Assembly: GCA_964016885.1 (NCBI GenBank)
Contig: OZ024740.1
Location: 413,230,001-413,294,000, forward strand
DNA from: Eledone cirrhosa
Lineage: Eukaryota
Reading direction: 5' to 3'
DNA: 64,000 nucleotides
The translations under genes and the position numbers were made by a program. Position 1 is the first letter of the stretch. Each line of letters begins with the position of its first letter. This document shows, in pieces, positions 1-12,002 of this stretch. The notes under the pieces are model-generated. The model made no database searches. It worked only from the letters and a program-made list of their open reading frames with translations, and was not told the origin of the DNA.

Positions 1-1975
1 AATAGACACAGCTCGGGAATTTACTGCGCTTATGGCATTTCTGCTGTTCAGATGTGACTTCAATACGCTCCTTACTCTCCGAATGTATTCAGTTCTTAAC
101 AATTCCTTCATTTTTTTGTTCTTTATGCCATCAGCCTCCAGAACGCCCAAATACTTGTATCCTTCCTCAGAGTCAATTTCCTTTATCATCTCACCTGTTG
201 GTATCTGGATCCCGTTACTTCTGCTCAACCTACCCCTCCTCATTACAATGACTCCACATTTACCAATACCAAACTGCATACATATATCACTGCTGAAAAT
301 ACGGACAGTGTCAACAAGCACATCCAACTCCTTCTCACTTTTCCCGAAGAACTTAAGATCGTCCATGAAGAGGAGGTGATTGATGGTAAGCTCTCCCTAC
401 CCAACTTGTATCCTGCTCTCACTTTTCGCAGCATAATGGTCAAGGGCATCAAGGCAAGGACAAACAACAGAGGGGACAGGCTATCTCCCTGGAAGATACC
501 TCTCTTGATCTTCACGCTTCCCAAGGATACTCCAGTTGATGTCAACCCTGTCTCCCAGGACCCCATACTCCTGCCCAGCAACTGTCTGATGTTATCTGCC
601 ACCCTGAAGATCTCCAGGCTTTTGGTGATCCAAGAATGAGGCACCATGTCAAATGCCTTTCTGTAGTCTATCCATCCCATGGCAAGATCAGTGTGTCTCC
701 TCCTGCAATTCCCCATTACCATCTTATCAATAAGCAACTGGTCCTTTGTACCACGTGACTTCTTTCGGCATCCTTTCTGTTCGTCCGGTAACAAGTTGTT
801 TGTGTGGAGGTGATGGTAGATTTCCTCAGACACAATGCTCGTCAACAGTTTCCACATTACGGACAGACATGTGATAGGTCTATAGTTGGTAACATCATTA
901 CCCTTGATTCGGTCTTTCATTATCAGAACTGTGGTACCTTTTGTCAACCACTCTGGCACCTCACCCGACACCAAGCAGTCATTGAACATGGCCGTCAGCT
1001 TCGGGTGGAGGGATGTTAAATTTGTAATCCAATACCCCTGCACACCATCTGGGCCTGGTGATTTCCAGTTGGTTAGTTTTTTGGCCTGCCCCTTAAGAGT
1101 TTCAACTGTGATACTCAAATCAGTTTGTTGGTGTGCCTGCTCACCGATCTCCCTCTGTACTGTCTCAATCCACCCTGCCTGGACATTATGTCTAACATCC
1201 TGCTCTCATATTCCTCTCCAGAATGTTTTAGTTTGCTCCGCCCCAGGGATCAAGTCGTTGCCTCTTTCTTTCCCCTCAAGCTGTCCAAACAGCATCTTCT
1301 GGTTGTTGTCAAACATGCGGTTCTGTTTATACTGACTGACTCTGTTCTCGTATCGCCTGATTTTTGCACTCTTTGCTACAATGCGTTGCTTCAGTTCCTC
1401 TATGATAATATTTAGCTTTTTCCTCCTAGTTTTGTACTTTATTTCCAGTCTATTTTTAGTGCCTATGTTTTTTAGTGTCCCATTCAGTAGTGACTCAAGC
1501 TTTCCTATGTCATTTCTCATTTCTCCGATTTGACCACTCAGTCGTTTCTTCCACCACGGCTCTGCTCTTTCTTGTCTGTTGTTTCCTCTCGCTTTTATAC
1601 CAAGTAGTTTCCTCACCGTATTTGCTGTTGCTGACTTAGTTTTTGTTTTTTTAGTTTTAGTTTTTCCCCCTTCTTCTCTGTCCGTCCGCCTGCTTCTCTC
1701 TTCATTCTTATTTTCTTTACGTTTTTTTTTTTTTTGTTTTTGTTTTTGTTTTTGTTTTTCTCTGTTTGTTTTTCTCGTTTTTTGCTGTTGTTGCTGTGCT
1801 GCTTTGGTTTTGTTGTTTGTTTTTCCTTTTTTTCTTTTGAGTCTATCTATATATTTTGATGCCTTCCTCTTGTTTAGTAGTAGGAGTTCTATAAGGTGGT
1901 GGCAGCAGCCATCTAGAGGAGGTGGTGGACTGGCGGCGGTAGCGATACTGAGACAGTGGTGGTGGTGATGTCGAT
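1..1975 (-). mobile_element. R4/Dong-like RLE non-LTR retrotransposon, family A, defective copy (runs off window start)
   Basis: Near-identical to 8090-10970. TGG>TGA nonsense at 1206-1208, 1-bp frameshift near 395, ~0.9-kb internal deletion at ~1632 joining ORF to 5'UTR, 5' truncation at a (TTA)n tract at ~1975. RT motifs YRPITCL and QGDSLSP in ORF 243..1118. Confidence 0.92.
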
Positions 1976-1996
1976 ATTATTATTATTATTATTATT

Positions 1997-4900
1997 TGCA
2001 TTTATCTTGCTTTATGTTTATACGAGTTATCACCAAGTCACAACCAGTGACCTCAAGAGACAACAAGGTCCGCCATGTTCAAGAAAGAACACACATATTC
2101 ACACATGCATCCTTAGTGTTTAGACTTGTGATGTACTTATATTGACAGGATCTTCCTTAGTATATGGGCAGTTCCCATTAGTACTATCTTTTGTATTTCT
2201 CCTATACGCGGGTTTCCTGGGATTTGCGATAAGTAGTCGTTAGACCCCTTAGGTATCATTCCCAGAGCGCCTGCAACCACTGGTATTGTTTTAGTTCTCA
2301 ATTTCCACATTTTTCCAATTTCTATCTCCAGGTCCTTATACTTGCTCAATTTTTCAAATGTTTTTATAGATACATTCTTGTCTATTGGAACAGACATATC
2401 AATTAGCAGGCATACCCTCCTTTGAAAGTCCTTCAATATTATATCAGGTCTATTTGCATCTATTTTTCGGTCTGTTTGGATGCTAAAGTTCCACAAGATT
2501 GAGATGTGATCTTTTTCAAGTATGGGAGGTGGTTGATGCTCCCACCAATTCCTTTGATGGGGCAGGTCAAAATGCTTACACATTATCCAATGTATGTATT
2601 GTGCAGCTCTGTCATGCCTGTTTAGGTATTCGGTTGGAGCTATAGGACTGCACATTGAAATTATATGGTCAATGGTCTCTGGTTGTTTTTTGCATACACG
2701 GCATAATGGGCTGCACCCATTTTTTATTATGTTGGCTTGGTAATTTTTTGTTGGCAGACACTGATCTTGTGCGGATATAGTCAGTCCTTCAGTCTCCGAT
2801 TTCAGTCCAGAGGATGCCAACCACTGATGGGTTAAAGTTTTGTCAACATCAGGATTGTTAGCTCGCTCTGGGTATTTTCCATACAGAGGCTTTTCTTGCC
2901 ATTTCTTAGCCAGTTTCTGTAGCAGTTCTTTCTTTGCAGTTACTTTTACCTGCTTTGCTTTTTCTGTGTTTTCCATTTCAGCAGTAAATGGGACTTCTCA
3001 AATTTGTAGTCCATTACTGTATCTTTGTGCATCTTTTGTAATGGAATATGATCTTTTGGTGCCTTTGTGTTTCAAAACGAGTTTGATCATCCAATCATGT
3101 GATTCCCTTAGATATGTGGATAATCCAATTGTTGCAGTTTTCAACGCAATGTCTAACTGGATTAACCCACGTCCTCCTTCTTTCCTAGGGAGATATATTC
3201 TATCTATGTCTGCCTTAGGGTGATGCATTCTGTGCATGGTTAAGAATTTTCGGATTTTTGTATCGAGCCTACGGATCTCTGTGCTTGACCAGTTGATGAC
3301 ATTGTAACTGTAGGTTACTACTGGTATGGCAAGCGTGTTTATGGCATCGATCCTATTCCTTGCATTCAATTCCGTTCTTAAGATTGCTCTGACTCTGCGG
3401 TAACATTCCTTCCTTATCCTTTCCCTCATTGTCGAGTGCTTGATTCCGTCTCCTTCACAAACACCTAGATATTTGTAAGTTTGTTCTTGATCAAGCTCTC
3501 TTATCACGTTCCCCCGATCAAGATTAATGTCTGAACTCTTCAGCAGCTTTCCTCTGGTGAACGTTGCTTTGGCGCATTTATCCAGTTCAAACTCCATTTT
3601 AATGTCATCACTGAACTGCTCCACAGTGGATAATAGCCCTTGCAATTGTTCATCATTTTTTCAAATAGTTTCAGGTCATCCATGTAGAACAGGTGATTAA
3701 TGGTTTTGTCATAGACTCTATATCCATGTTTTGTTTCATTGAGCATTTTACTTAATGGTATAAGTGCGATGCAGAATAAAAGCGGTGATAAAGAGTCACC
3801 CTGAAAAATTCCACAATTAATGTTAACTTCTCCAGCTTCCAGTGATTTTGTTTCACTATTCAAAAGGAGTGTCGTTCTCCATGTCCTCATACTGAATGAC
3901 AAAAACCTCCTGACAACGGGGGATATTTTGAAAATCTCTAAACATTTTTCAATCCAACTGTGTGGCAAACTATCAAATGCTTTTTTATAATCTATCCAAG
4001 CAATCGATAGATTTTTGTGTCTATTATGACAATCTTCCAGTATCATTTTGTTAACCAGAAGCTGATCCTTACAGCCATATGAGCCTCGTTTACACCCTTT
4101 CTGCTCAATGGGAAATAGGTCATTTGTTATCAGGTGGTCATATGTGTATTCAGTTAGGACTGATCTTAAAATTTTATACATTGTGGTCAAGCAGGTTATC
4201 GGTCTGTAATTTTTGGGATTGTTTGTCTCATCATTCTTCGGTAGCAGGAATGTAATGCCGTTAACTAGCCATGATGGTATCTTTTCTGGCTCCTTTAACT
4301 ATTTCATTGTAAAGTTGGGCTAACAGCTCATGAGACTCTGTGAAGGCATTTATCCAAAAGTTTTGTATTTTGTCTTTTCCTGGGGATTTCCATTTGCTGG
4401 TTTTTCTTAGAGCCAAGCGCAGCTGTTCAACTGTTATATTTTCCCATGTTTGTTCTTCAAGGTGAGCTGTTTCTTTCATTTGTCTGTCTATCCATGGGGC
4501 ATGTATGTTATGAACTTTTTCTTCGGCCCAGATCTTTTCCCAGAATTCTTGCACTTCCTCCTTGGGTGGTATTGATTTAGCAGTTATTGTTGACTTACCA
4601 ATTTTTCTGTAGAAGTTTCTTTGGTTGTTTTTGAACATATTATTGTCCTTATAGAATCTAGATCGTTTTTCAAAGCGCCTTATACGAGCAGCTTTGGCCG
4701 ACACTTTTTGCTTGATTGTTTCTATCAGCATGTCTATGTCACTTGTTGATCTTATACTGTACTTTTTTTTCAATTTTCTAAGTTTAGTTTGTTTAACATG
4801 TTCACCTACTTTATAGTTTGTTAAAATTTCTATGTCAGATCGGAGAAGGTTTATTTGGCGATTGATGTTATCTTGCCAAGTAGATTTCTTGTGGGAATTC

Positions 4901-6909
4901 CTTTGTTTTTTCATCTTCACTCCACATAAGTGAGTGGTGACTTTAGCCGATGCATAATAGAGATGATTTAAGTCAGTAATGTTTAGTTTGTTTGTGATGA
5001 TAATGTTTTTGAGAATTATGTTAGTCTTGTGTATTATCTTTTGGTTCTGTTTGGAGTTCTGGATCTTAGGGAGGGTGTCTCGTTCCCCCATGTCAGATTC
5101 TTTCATTTTCATCCATTCGATCATAATTTCATCCTTCAAGTTGGCAAGTTCATTCTCATTCATTTCTTTATCATTTACGATCTCATTATTTTCATTTGGA
5201 GTTTCATCCTGAGCATGCACTCCCTCCACTTTTTCGCTCCTTTCTTTAATTTGTTCTGTTGCCAGTGATTCCGCCCCAACTCTGGGATTCGAAGTGTTAC
5301 AGTTTACCTCGTTTTCACTGACACATGCTCCATTTTCCCTTCGCTGACTTTGTGCTACTAGCTTGATCTGATCAATTTCTATATCAGTTAGTAACTTTTT
5401 TCTTACAATATTTCTTCGTATATTGGCTAGTTTGTTACTGTCAATATAGCCTCTGTTTTCGGGATGTTTCTTTTTCCAGTTGATATATGTTTGCTCTGTA
5501 TTCGATGTATTTGATGGGTAGTACATGGCAGTGTAGAAAGCCTCAAGGACTTCTTTATTATCTTCCCTTGACCATTTTTCTCTCTTTTTCTTTGGATTTC
5601 TTGGTGGTGAGCATGGAGGGCCAACAGTAGGAGTATTCCGGTTATGGGAGGTCTCCAGCTCCGAAGTGATGGGAAGGTTTGAACCATTAGCTGATTTTTC
5701 GACCCCAGTCTGGTTCCTCTCTGAGGGACGCGGCCCTTTTTTACCCGGGTGACGGCCGATCCGGTATGAGATTTCATCATTAGACATCTACTTTATTTTG
5801 TCGCGTTTTATCCTTATCCGCCAAGGGGTAATCTTTTCGTGTTACCACTTCTAGAACGAGTGTCAACCAAGACTAGAGGGGTCGTTCTCCCCTAGAGACA
5901 TGGCTATTCCCCGCCGGCCGCCATCCCGGTATTTCTTGGTCACGGTGTTTTCTTTTTGTTGTTTTTTTTAAATTGTTATTATCATGAGTGGTTCCTTAAT
6001 GTGAGCATTGCGTGGCTTAAGAATGAAATTATTAATAATTGTCTCCACTCCAGGCACAAGGCCAGCAATCACCCAGTGCATTACAATAATATAATATACT
6101 TTTTGTTGTAGTTGGCTGTTATTGCTGCTGGCTATGTCGGTGGTGGTGCCGGGGCTTTTTATATTGTTGGTGAGGAAGGGGTGAGCCAGCAGTCCCATAA
6201 TTGTTGATGTAGACGTTTGTCCGTGGCAAGGTCACCAAGTCAATCTATTTATATCTTTTGCTAGCCTCTCTCTTGTCTAGTGCTACCACCACCTTCCCTT
6301 TTCTCTCTCAAGTTAACAGGGGAATAGTGTCAGTAGCATTGAATGAGTGGTGGCGGCGATGATGGATGTGGTGGAGTGGTGGCAGCGGTGGTGTTGTGGT
6401 TACTGATATAGTATCTATGAGTTTGTGTTCGTATGTTTAATATATATTTTCATTATATTTTGTGTTGACATATTCCCGTAAAATTTGAATTAAACATTTT
6501 TTAAAATTTGAGACAATAATAATAGTAATTATTATTATGATGCCGGTGAAGTTGCCGTTATATTTAGTGTGATGGGATAGGTAGTGTATCAAGTTTCTGG
6601 TGTTGGTGAAATTGAAATTGCCGCTGTTCTATATAGTGTAGACAGAGGGTGTTTTGTTCCATTTATAACCATTTTCTTTTTTTGAATACAAAATATATCA
6701 TACAAAATTGAATATTTGAGCGATACAACAATATAATATGGATACAACAATATAATATGGATCCGAAACTTTATGGGACCTCATTCGGTGCCTTTATGCA
6801 ACATTTGTGCTAAGAATTGTTCTTTCACAATTGATTTAAATATGTTAAAAATCAAAAAACTTACGGGAGCAATTTCGTGACGTTCTACCACCTCGTGCGT
6901 CTTCTTCCC
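1997..6909 (-). mobile_element. R4/Dong-like RLE non-LTR retrotransposon, family B, apparently full length but frameshifted
   Basis: Four consecutive minus-strand ORF pieces give N-terminus, RT (WKSPG, QGDSLSP, YMDD), thumb and CCHC + RHD + RPD..D + K..KY endonuclease. Bounded by (TTA)n-like tracts on both sides. Confidence 0.92.
2137..5787 (-). pseudogene. Family B RT-RLE polyprotein split by about three frameshifts (ORFs 4261..5787, 3540..4190, 2998..3645, 2137..2976)
   Basis: The pieces are collinear with the intact 1130-aa family A protein. Frame changes near 4290, 3660 (T run) and 3000. Confidence 0.9.
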
Positions 6910-6944
6910 TTCTTCTTCTTATTATTCTTATTATTGTTGTTATT

Positions 6945-9900
6945 CCTTGAATCTCAGTCATTGATGTTGGTTAACTGGAAAGTCCGTTGGATTGAATATC
7001 AAGCCACTACCTGCAGCCTCAGATATTCAGGACGTATCGGAGGGTTCTTGCTGTTCCAAGCAAGCATGCCTTTTGAAGCGTTCCAAAAAGCGTGAAGGGG
7101 CCGATTTTCTTTAACCATCCCTGGAAACTTTTGGAGATAGTCCCCAGTGCGCCTATGACAATCGGGATCACTTTGACTTCATGGCAGTTCCAGATCCTAT
7201 TCACCTCCCACTTTAAGTCCTGGTATCGGTTAATTTTCTCCCTCTCCTTCTCTTGCACTCCCGTGTCGAACGGGCAGGCCACATCCACAATCAGACACGA
7301 TCTTTTTTCTTTGTCCACAACCACCAGGTCAGGTCTATTGTGTTCCAGTTTTTTGTCCGTCTGTATCCTAAAATCCCACAGCACCTTCACCTGATTGTTC
7401 TCCATCACCGCCTCTGGCCTATGCTCATGCCATTTCTCAGAATGTGGTAAATTGTTTACTTTGCACAGGTGCCAGTGGATCACCCTGCCCATCACATCGT
7501 GTCTCCAGCCCTTATAGTGGGTCTGGGCTAGGTGTTTACACTCGGACACAATGTGAGCCACAGTCTCCTCTCTCTCTGCACAGATCCTGCACAGTGGGCT
7601 AGCCTCCTCCTTGTAGATATGGTGCTTCAACCACTTCGTTTTGAGGGCCTGCTCCTGCGCAGCCATTAGCATTCCTTCTGTAGCCTTTTTGAGGTCTCCT
7701 CTTCTCAACCAGTTCCATGTCTGTGGATCTCTAAATTCAGTTTTCTCAAAGAAGGTACTATGAAGGGATTTTCCCTTAAGGCTGCTCTTCCTCCTTGATG
7801 TTATTTCCTCCTTGGACATCCCCTGGCCTACTGTCCCCTCCTTCAGTACAGTTCTGAGCATTGGCTCCTTACTATAGGTCACGTATTTGTATAGGTTGTT
7901 TTTCTCCATCTGAACACAGTCCTCTATGCTGATAAGACCTCTTCCGCCCTCAGATCTCCTTAGGTAGAGTCTATCGACATCACTCCTCTTGTGGAACATG
8001 TTGTAGATAGTCAATAGCTTCCTAGTCTTCCTATCCATTTCTTTTTGTTCAGCAACATTCCATCTCAGAATTCCCGCACTGTACCTAATAATAGACACAG
8101 CTCGGGAATTTACTGCGCTTATGGCATTTCTGCTGTTCAGATGTGACTTCAATACGCTCCTTACTCTCCGAATGTATTCAGTTCTTAACAATTCCTTCAT
8201 TTTTTTGTTCTTTATGCCATCAGCCTCCAGAACGCCCAAATACTTGTATCCTTCCTCAGAGTCAATTTCCTTTATCATCTCACCTGTTGGTATCTGGATC
8301 CCGTTACTTCTGCTCAACCTACCCCTCTTCATCACAATGACTCCACATTTACCAATACCAAACTGCATACATATATCACTGCTGAAAATACGGACAGTGT
8401 CAACAAGCACATCCAACTCCTTCTCACTTTTCCCGAAGAGCTTAAGATCGTCCATGAAGAGGAGGTGATTGATGGTAAGCTCTCCCCTTCCCAACTTGTA
8501 GCCTGCTCTCACTTTTCGCAGCATAATGGTCAAGGGCATCAGGGCAAGGACAAACAACAGAGGGGACAGGCTATCTCCCTGGAAGATACCTCTCTTGATC
8601 TTCACGCTTCCCAAGGATACTCCAGTTGATGTCAACTCTGTCTCCCAGGACCCCATACTCCTGCCTAGCAACTGTCTGATGTTATCTGCCACCTTGAAGA
8701 TCTCCAGGCTTTTGGTGATCCAGGAATGGGGCACCATGTCAAATGCCTTTCTGTAGTCTATCCATCCCATGGCAAGATCAGTGTGTCTCCTCCTGCAATT
8801 CCCCATTACCATCTTATCAATAAGCAACTGGTCCTTTGTACCACGTGACTTCTTTCGGCATCCTTTCTGTTCGTCCGGTAACAAGTTGTTTGTGTGGAGG
8901 TGATGGTAGATTTCCTCAGACACAATGCTCGTCAACAGTTTCCACATTACGGACAGACATGTGATAGGTCTATAGTTGGTAACATCATTACCCTTGATTC
9001 GGTCTTTCATTATCAGAACTGTGGTACCTTTTGTCAACCACTCTGGCACCTCACGCGACACCAAGCAGTCATTGAACATGGCCGTCAGCTTCGGGTGGAG
9101 GGATGTTAAATGTTTAATCCAATACCCCTGCACACCATCTGGGCCTGGTGATTTCCAGTTGGTTAGTTTTTTGGCCTGCCCCTTAAGAGTTTCAACTGTG
9201 ATACTCAACTCAGTTTGTTGCTGTGCCTGCTCACCGATCTCCCTCTGTACTGTCTCAATCCACCCTGCCTGGGCATTGTGTCTAACATCCTGCTCCCATA
9301 TTCCTCTCCAGAATGTTTTAGTTTGCTCCGCCCCAGGGATCAAGTCGTTGCCTCTTTCTTTCCCCTCAAGCTGTCCAAACAGCATCTTCTGGTTGTTGTC
9401 GAACATGCGGTTCTGTTTATACTGACTGACTCTGTTCTCGTATCGCCTGATTTTTGCACTCTTTGCTACAATGCGTTGCTTCAGTTCCTCTATGATAATA
9501 TTTAGCTTTTTCCTCCTAGTTTTGTATTTTATTTCCAGTCTATTTTTAGTGCCTATGTTTTTTAGTGTCCCATTCAGTAGTGACTGAAGCTTTCCTATGT
9601 CATTTCTCATTTCCCCGATTTGCCCACTCAGTCGCTTCTTCCACCACGGCTCTGCTCTTTCTTGTCTGTTGTTTCCTCTCGCTTTTATACCAAGTAGTTT
9701 CCTCACCGTATTTGCTGTTGCTTTGAGGATATTGTTGCACTGGTGAAGGCTCCTCGCCTCAAGGTATGGGATGACTTTGTTTACCTTAGCTGTTGTTTCT
9801 TTTAACTTTTTCCTGTCTACAAATCTTAGGTTCATAGGTCTCCCACTATCATTGTTCAATTCATCTACCACTAAATTTAGGATGTCAACCGAATCTTGTC

Positions 9901-11477
9901 CTAGCCCGTCAGCATTCATCTCCTCACTGGCCGTATCTCTGTTCCAGGTATTATTTATCTCAGTATTCAGATCATTGTCTGCTTCGGGTGGTTCCTCCGT
10001 TCTCAGGACCTCTTCACCTTCATTTCTCACTGGCTCGCTTGTCTGGCATACTACACCCGCCATCTCCAAGCCATTCTCTCTGCTCAGTTCCTCCAGTTCC
10101 AGCTCGCTTATCCATCCATTAGTTCTTATCACCCGAGCCTGACCGGCCAATTTTTGTTCATCTAATTTAAATAAACCAATCTCGTTCCAGATGTTATGCA
10201 TTCGTCTCCTGTAGCCCCTCTCCTTGGGGTTACTTTTCAGGTAACATTGCATAACAGTTCTATTCAATTCTTTCGTCCAGTTGGTTCTGGCCCCTTTCCT
10301 TCTTTTTCTTCCTCCAACATCAGCAGTATTTGGTTGACAGTCAGGTTCCTGCTGCTGAGCCAGGGGGCACCTGTTGGGTGAGAGTCTGTCACATGACGTT
10401 CTAGACTCCATTTCACCGTTATTCGAACTGTTTATGTTCGATATTTAAACACTCTTATCGAGGATTGGCGAATGTATGGTTACATATCCATCTGTGGATC
10501 CGCCATTCCACTTGGCCCTTGTGTGGCATTATCACCACGCTGTATACGAACACACATAAACAAACAAACACACGGGCAGAAAGGGCCCCAAAAATGAATA
10601 AGCATAAGTTTCATTGTAATGTAGTGTTCGAATGTCTGACTTAGTTTTTGTTTTTTAAGTTTTAGTTTTTCTCCCCTCTTCTCTGTCCGTCCGCCTGCTT
10701 CTCTCTTCATTCTTATTTTCTTTACGTTTTGGGGGTTTCTTTTTTTGTTTTTGTTTTTCTCTGTTTGTTTTTCTCGTTTTTGCTGTTGTTGCTGTGCTGC
10801 TTTGGTTTTGTTGTTTGTTTTTTCTTTTTTCTTTTGAGTCTATCTATATATTTTGATGCCTTCCTCTTTGTTAGTAGTAGGAATTCTATAATGTGGAAGT
10901 AGCAGCCAGCAGGGAGAAGTGGGAGACTGGCGGCGGTAGCGATACTGAGACAGTGGTGGTGGTGATGTCGATACCGAGGCAGTGGTGGCGGTGATGTGAC
11001 CGTATTACTGTAGTGATGGTGCTGTAGCGGTGGCAGCAGTGAAGGAGTGAAGGGGTGGTGGCGGCGGTGATGGGATAATGGTGGTAATGATGGCCGTAGT
11101 GAGCGGTTGAAAATGCCGTTATCTGGCTGTTGTGTTTAGTGTACACAGATGATGGGGTGGGTGGTGTATCTAGTTTCTGGTGTTGGTGTGTTTGGCTGTC
11201 CTATATAGTGTAGACAGAGGAGAGGAGGGGGGGTCTTCTTCCATTTATAGCCATTTTCTTTTTTGGATATACAGTGTACAATACAAAGTTGAATATTTGA
11301 ATATTTGAGCCTTATAACAATATATTTGTGGTCTGAATTTTTTGGGGGCTCAAGCCGGGTGCGTTACGTAGCATTTGTACTAAGAGTTGTTATTTCACAA
11401 ATGATTTAAATATGTTAAAAATTCAAAACTTACGGGAGCGATTTCATGCCCTCCGTCACCTCGTGCGTCTTCTTCCC
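6945..11477 (-). mobile_element. R4/Dong-like RLE non-LTR retrotransposon, family A, full-length intact copy
   Basis: Single intact ORF, ~75-nt 3'UTR ending in a (TAA)-like tail, ~1.07-kb 5'UTR starting GGGAAGAAGACGCACGAGGTG next to a (TTA)n tract at 11478-11522. Confidence 0.93.
7019..10411 (-). CDS. Reverse transcriptase / restriction-like endonuclease polyprotein, 1130 aa
   Basis: WKSPGPDG, YRPITCL, EQKGC, IDYRKAFD, GIFQGDSLSP, FMDD, YKYLG, GGRGL; CRIC..ETVAHIVSEC zinc knuckle; RHD; RPDLVVVD..VDV..P; K..RY. Typical R4-clade single-ORF layout. Confidence 0.96.
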   Translation of the reverse strand: MESRTSCDRLSPNRCPLAQQQEPDCQPNTADVGGRKRRKGARTNWTKELNRTVMQCYLKSNPKERGYRRRMHNIWNEIGLFKLDEQKLAGQARVIRTNGWISELELEELSRENGLEMAGVVCQTSEPVRNEGEEVLRTEEPPEADNDLNTEINNTWNRDTASEEMNADGLGQDSVDILNLVVDELNNDSGRPMNLRFVDRKKLKETTAKVNKVIPYLEARSLHQCNNILKATANTVRKLLGIKARGNNRQERAEPWWKKRLSGQIGEMRNDIGKLQSLLNGTLKNIGTKNRLEIKYKTRRKKLNIIIEELKQRIVAKSAKIRRYENRVSQYKQNRMFDNNQKMLFGQLEGKERGNDLIPGAEQTKTFWRGIWEQDVRHNAQAGWIETVQREIGEQAQQQTELSITVETLKGQAKKLTNWKSPGPDGVQGYWIKHLTSLHPKLTAMFNDCLVSREVPEWLTKGTTVLIMKDRIKGNDVTNYRPITCLSVMWKLLTSIVSEEIYHHLHTNNLLPDEQKGCRKKSRGTKDQLLIDKMVMGNCRRRHTDLAMGWIDYRKAFDMVPHSWITKSLEIFKVADNIRQLLGRSMGSWETELTSTGVSLGSVKIKRGIFQGDSLSPLLFVLALMPLTIMLRKVRAGYKLGRGELTINHLLFMDDLKLFGKSEKELDVLVDTVRIFSSDICMQFGIGKCGVIVMKRGRLSRSNGIQIPTGEMIKEIDSEEGYKYLGVLEADGIKNKKMKELLRTEYIRRVRSVLKSHLNSRNAISAVNSRAVSIIRYSAGILRWNVAEQKEMDRKTRKLLTIYNMFHKRSDVDRLYLRRSEGGRGLISIEDCVQMEKNNLYKYVTYSKEPMLRTVLKEGTVGQGMSKEEITSRRKSSLKGKSLHSTFFEKTEFRDPQTWNWLRRGDLKKATEGMLMAAQEQALKTKWLKHHIYKEEASPLCRICAEREETVAHIVSECKHLAQTHYKGWRHDVMGRVIHWHLCKVNNLPHSEKWHEHRPEAVMENNQVKVLWDFRIQTDKKLEHNRPDLVVVDKEKRSCLIVDVACPFDTGVQEKEREKINRYQDLKWEVNRIWNCHEVKVIPIVIGALGTISKSFQGWLKKIGPFTLFGTLQKACLLGTARTLRYVLNI

Positions 11478-11521
<44 letters not shown>

Positions 11522-11522
11522 T
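11478..11522. repeat. (TTA)n tract at the 5' junction of the intact Dong-like copy
   Basis: Pure TTA repeat. Similar tracts at 1976-1996, 6918-6944, 16968-17025 and 18572-18654. Confidence 0.95.
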
Positions 11523-12001
11523 AGCCGGGAAGGGCAGGTATAAAGAGATAGTATGGTGGGCACGTCTGAAAGGGCTGAAGACGCGCACTTACCTCCACGG
11601 TGATGCCCTGATTAACTTTTTCCAATTTTATTTGAAAAGGAAAATCAGGGTAGAGAAGGAGGTGCTCTCTTCCCAGCTTTTTGTTGAAAGATGGGTGAGA
11701 GAGGCAAGAATGGCCCGAGTGAGTGGAACTACTCTGAGTATGTGCCTGTAAATTGAAGGTGGGAAACTGGGAGTGGACAATTGTCCTGGTGGTTAGGGTC
11801 ACCGTGGCATTTTAATAGGCTTTCTCCACAATGGCCCTCGGAAGTCCCCCCCTTATTGGGGAATTTTTTCATTGTTCTATTATTACATCCTCTGTTTTTT
11901 TTTGTTTTTTACACGCAGAAATGCCCTTTTGTACCGTCCTGTATTGTTCTGTACTTTCCTTAATGTCTACTTTGTGTAAACCCCTATGGTTAATAAAGAA
12001 A
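11523..12001 (+). mobile_element. 3' terminal fragment of an L1/Tx1-like LINE (ORF2 C-terminus plus 3'UTR)
   Basis: Translation KEIVWWARLK...F..RW resembles the L1/Tx1 ORF2 C-terminal IW..R motif. Followed by a T-rich UTR and AATAAA at ~11992. Confidence 0.5.
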
Positions 12002-12002
12002 G

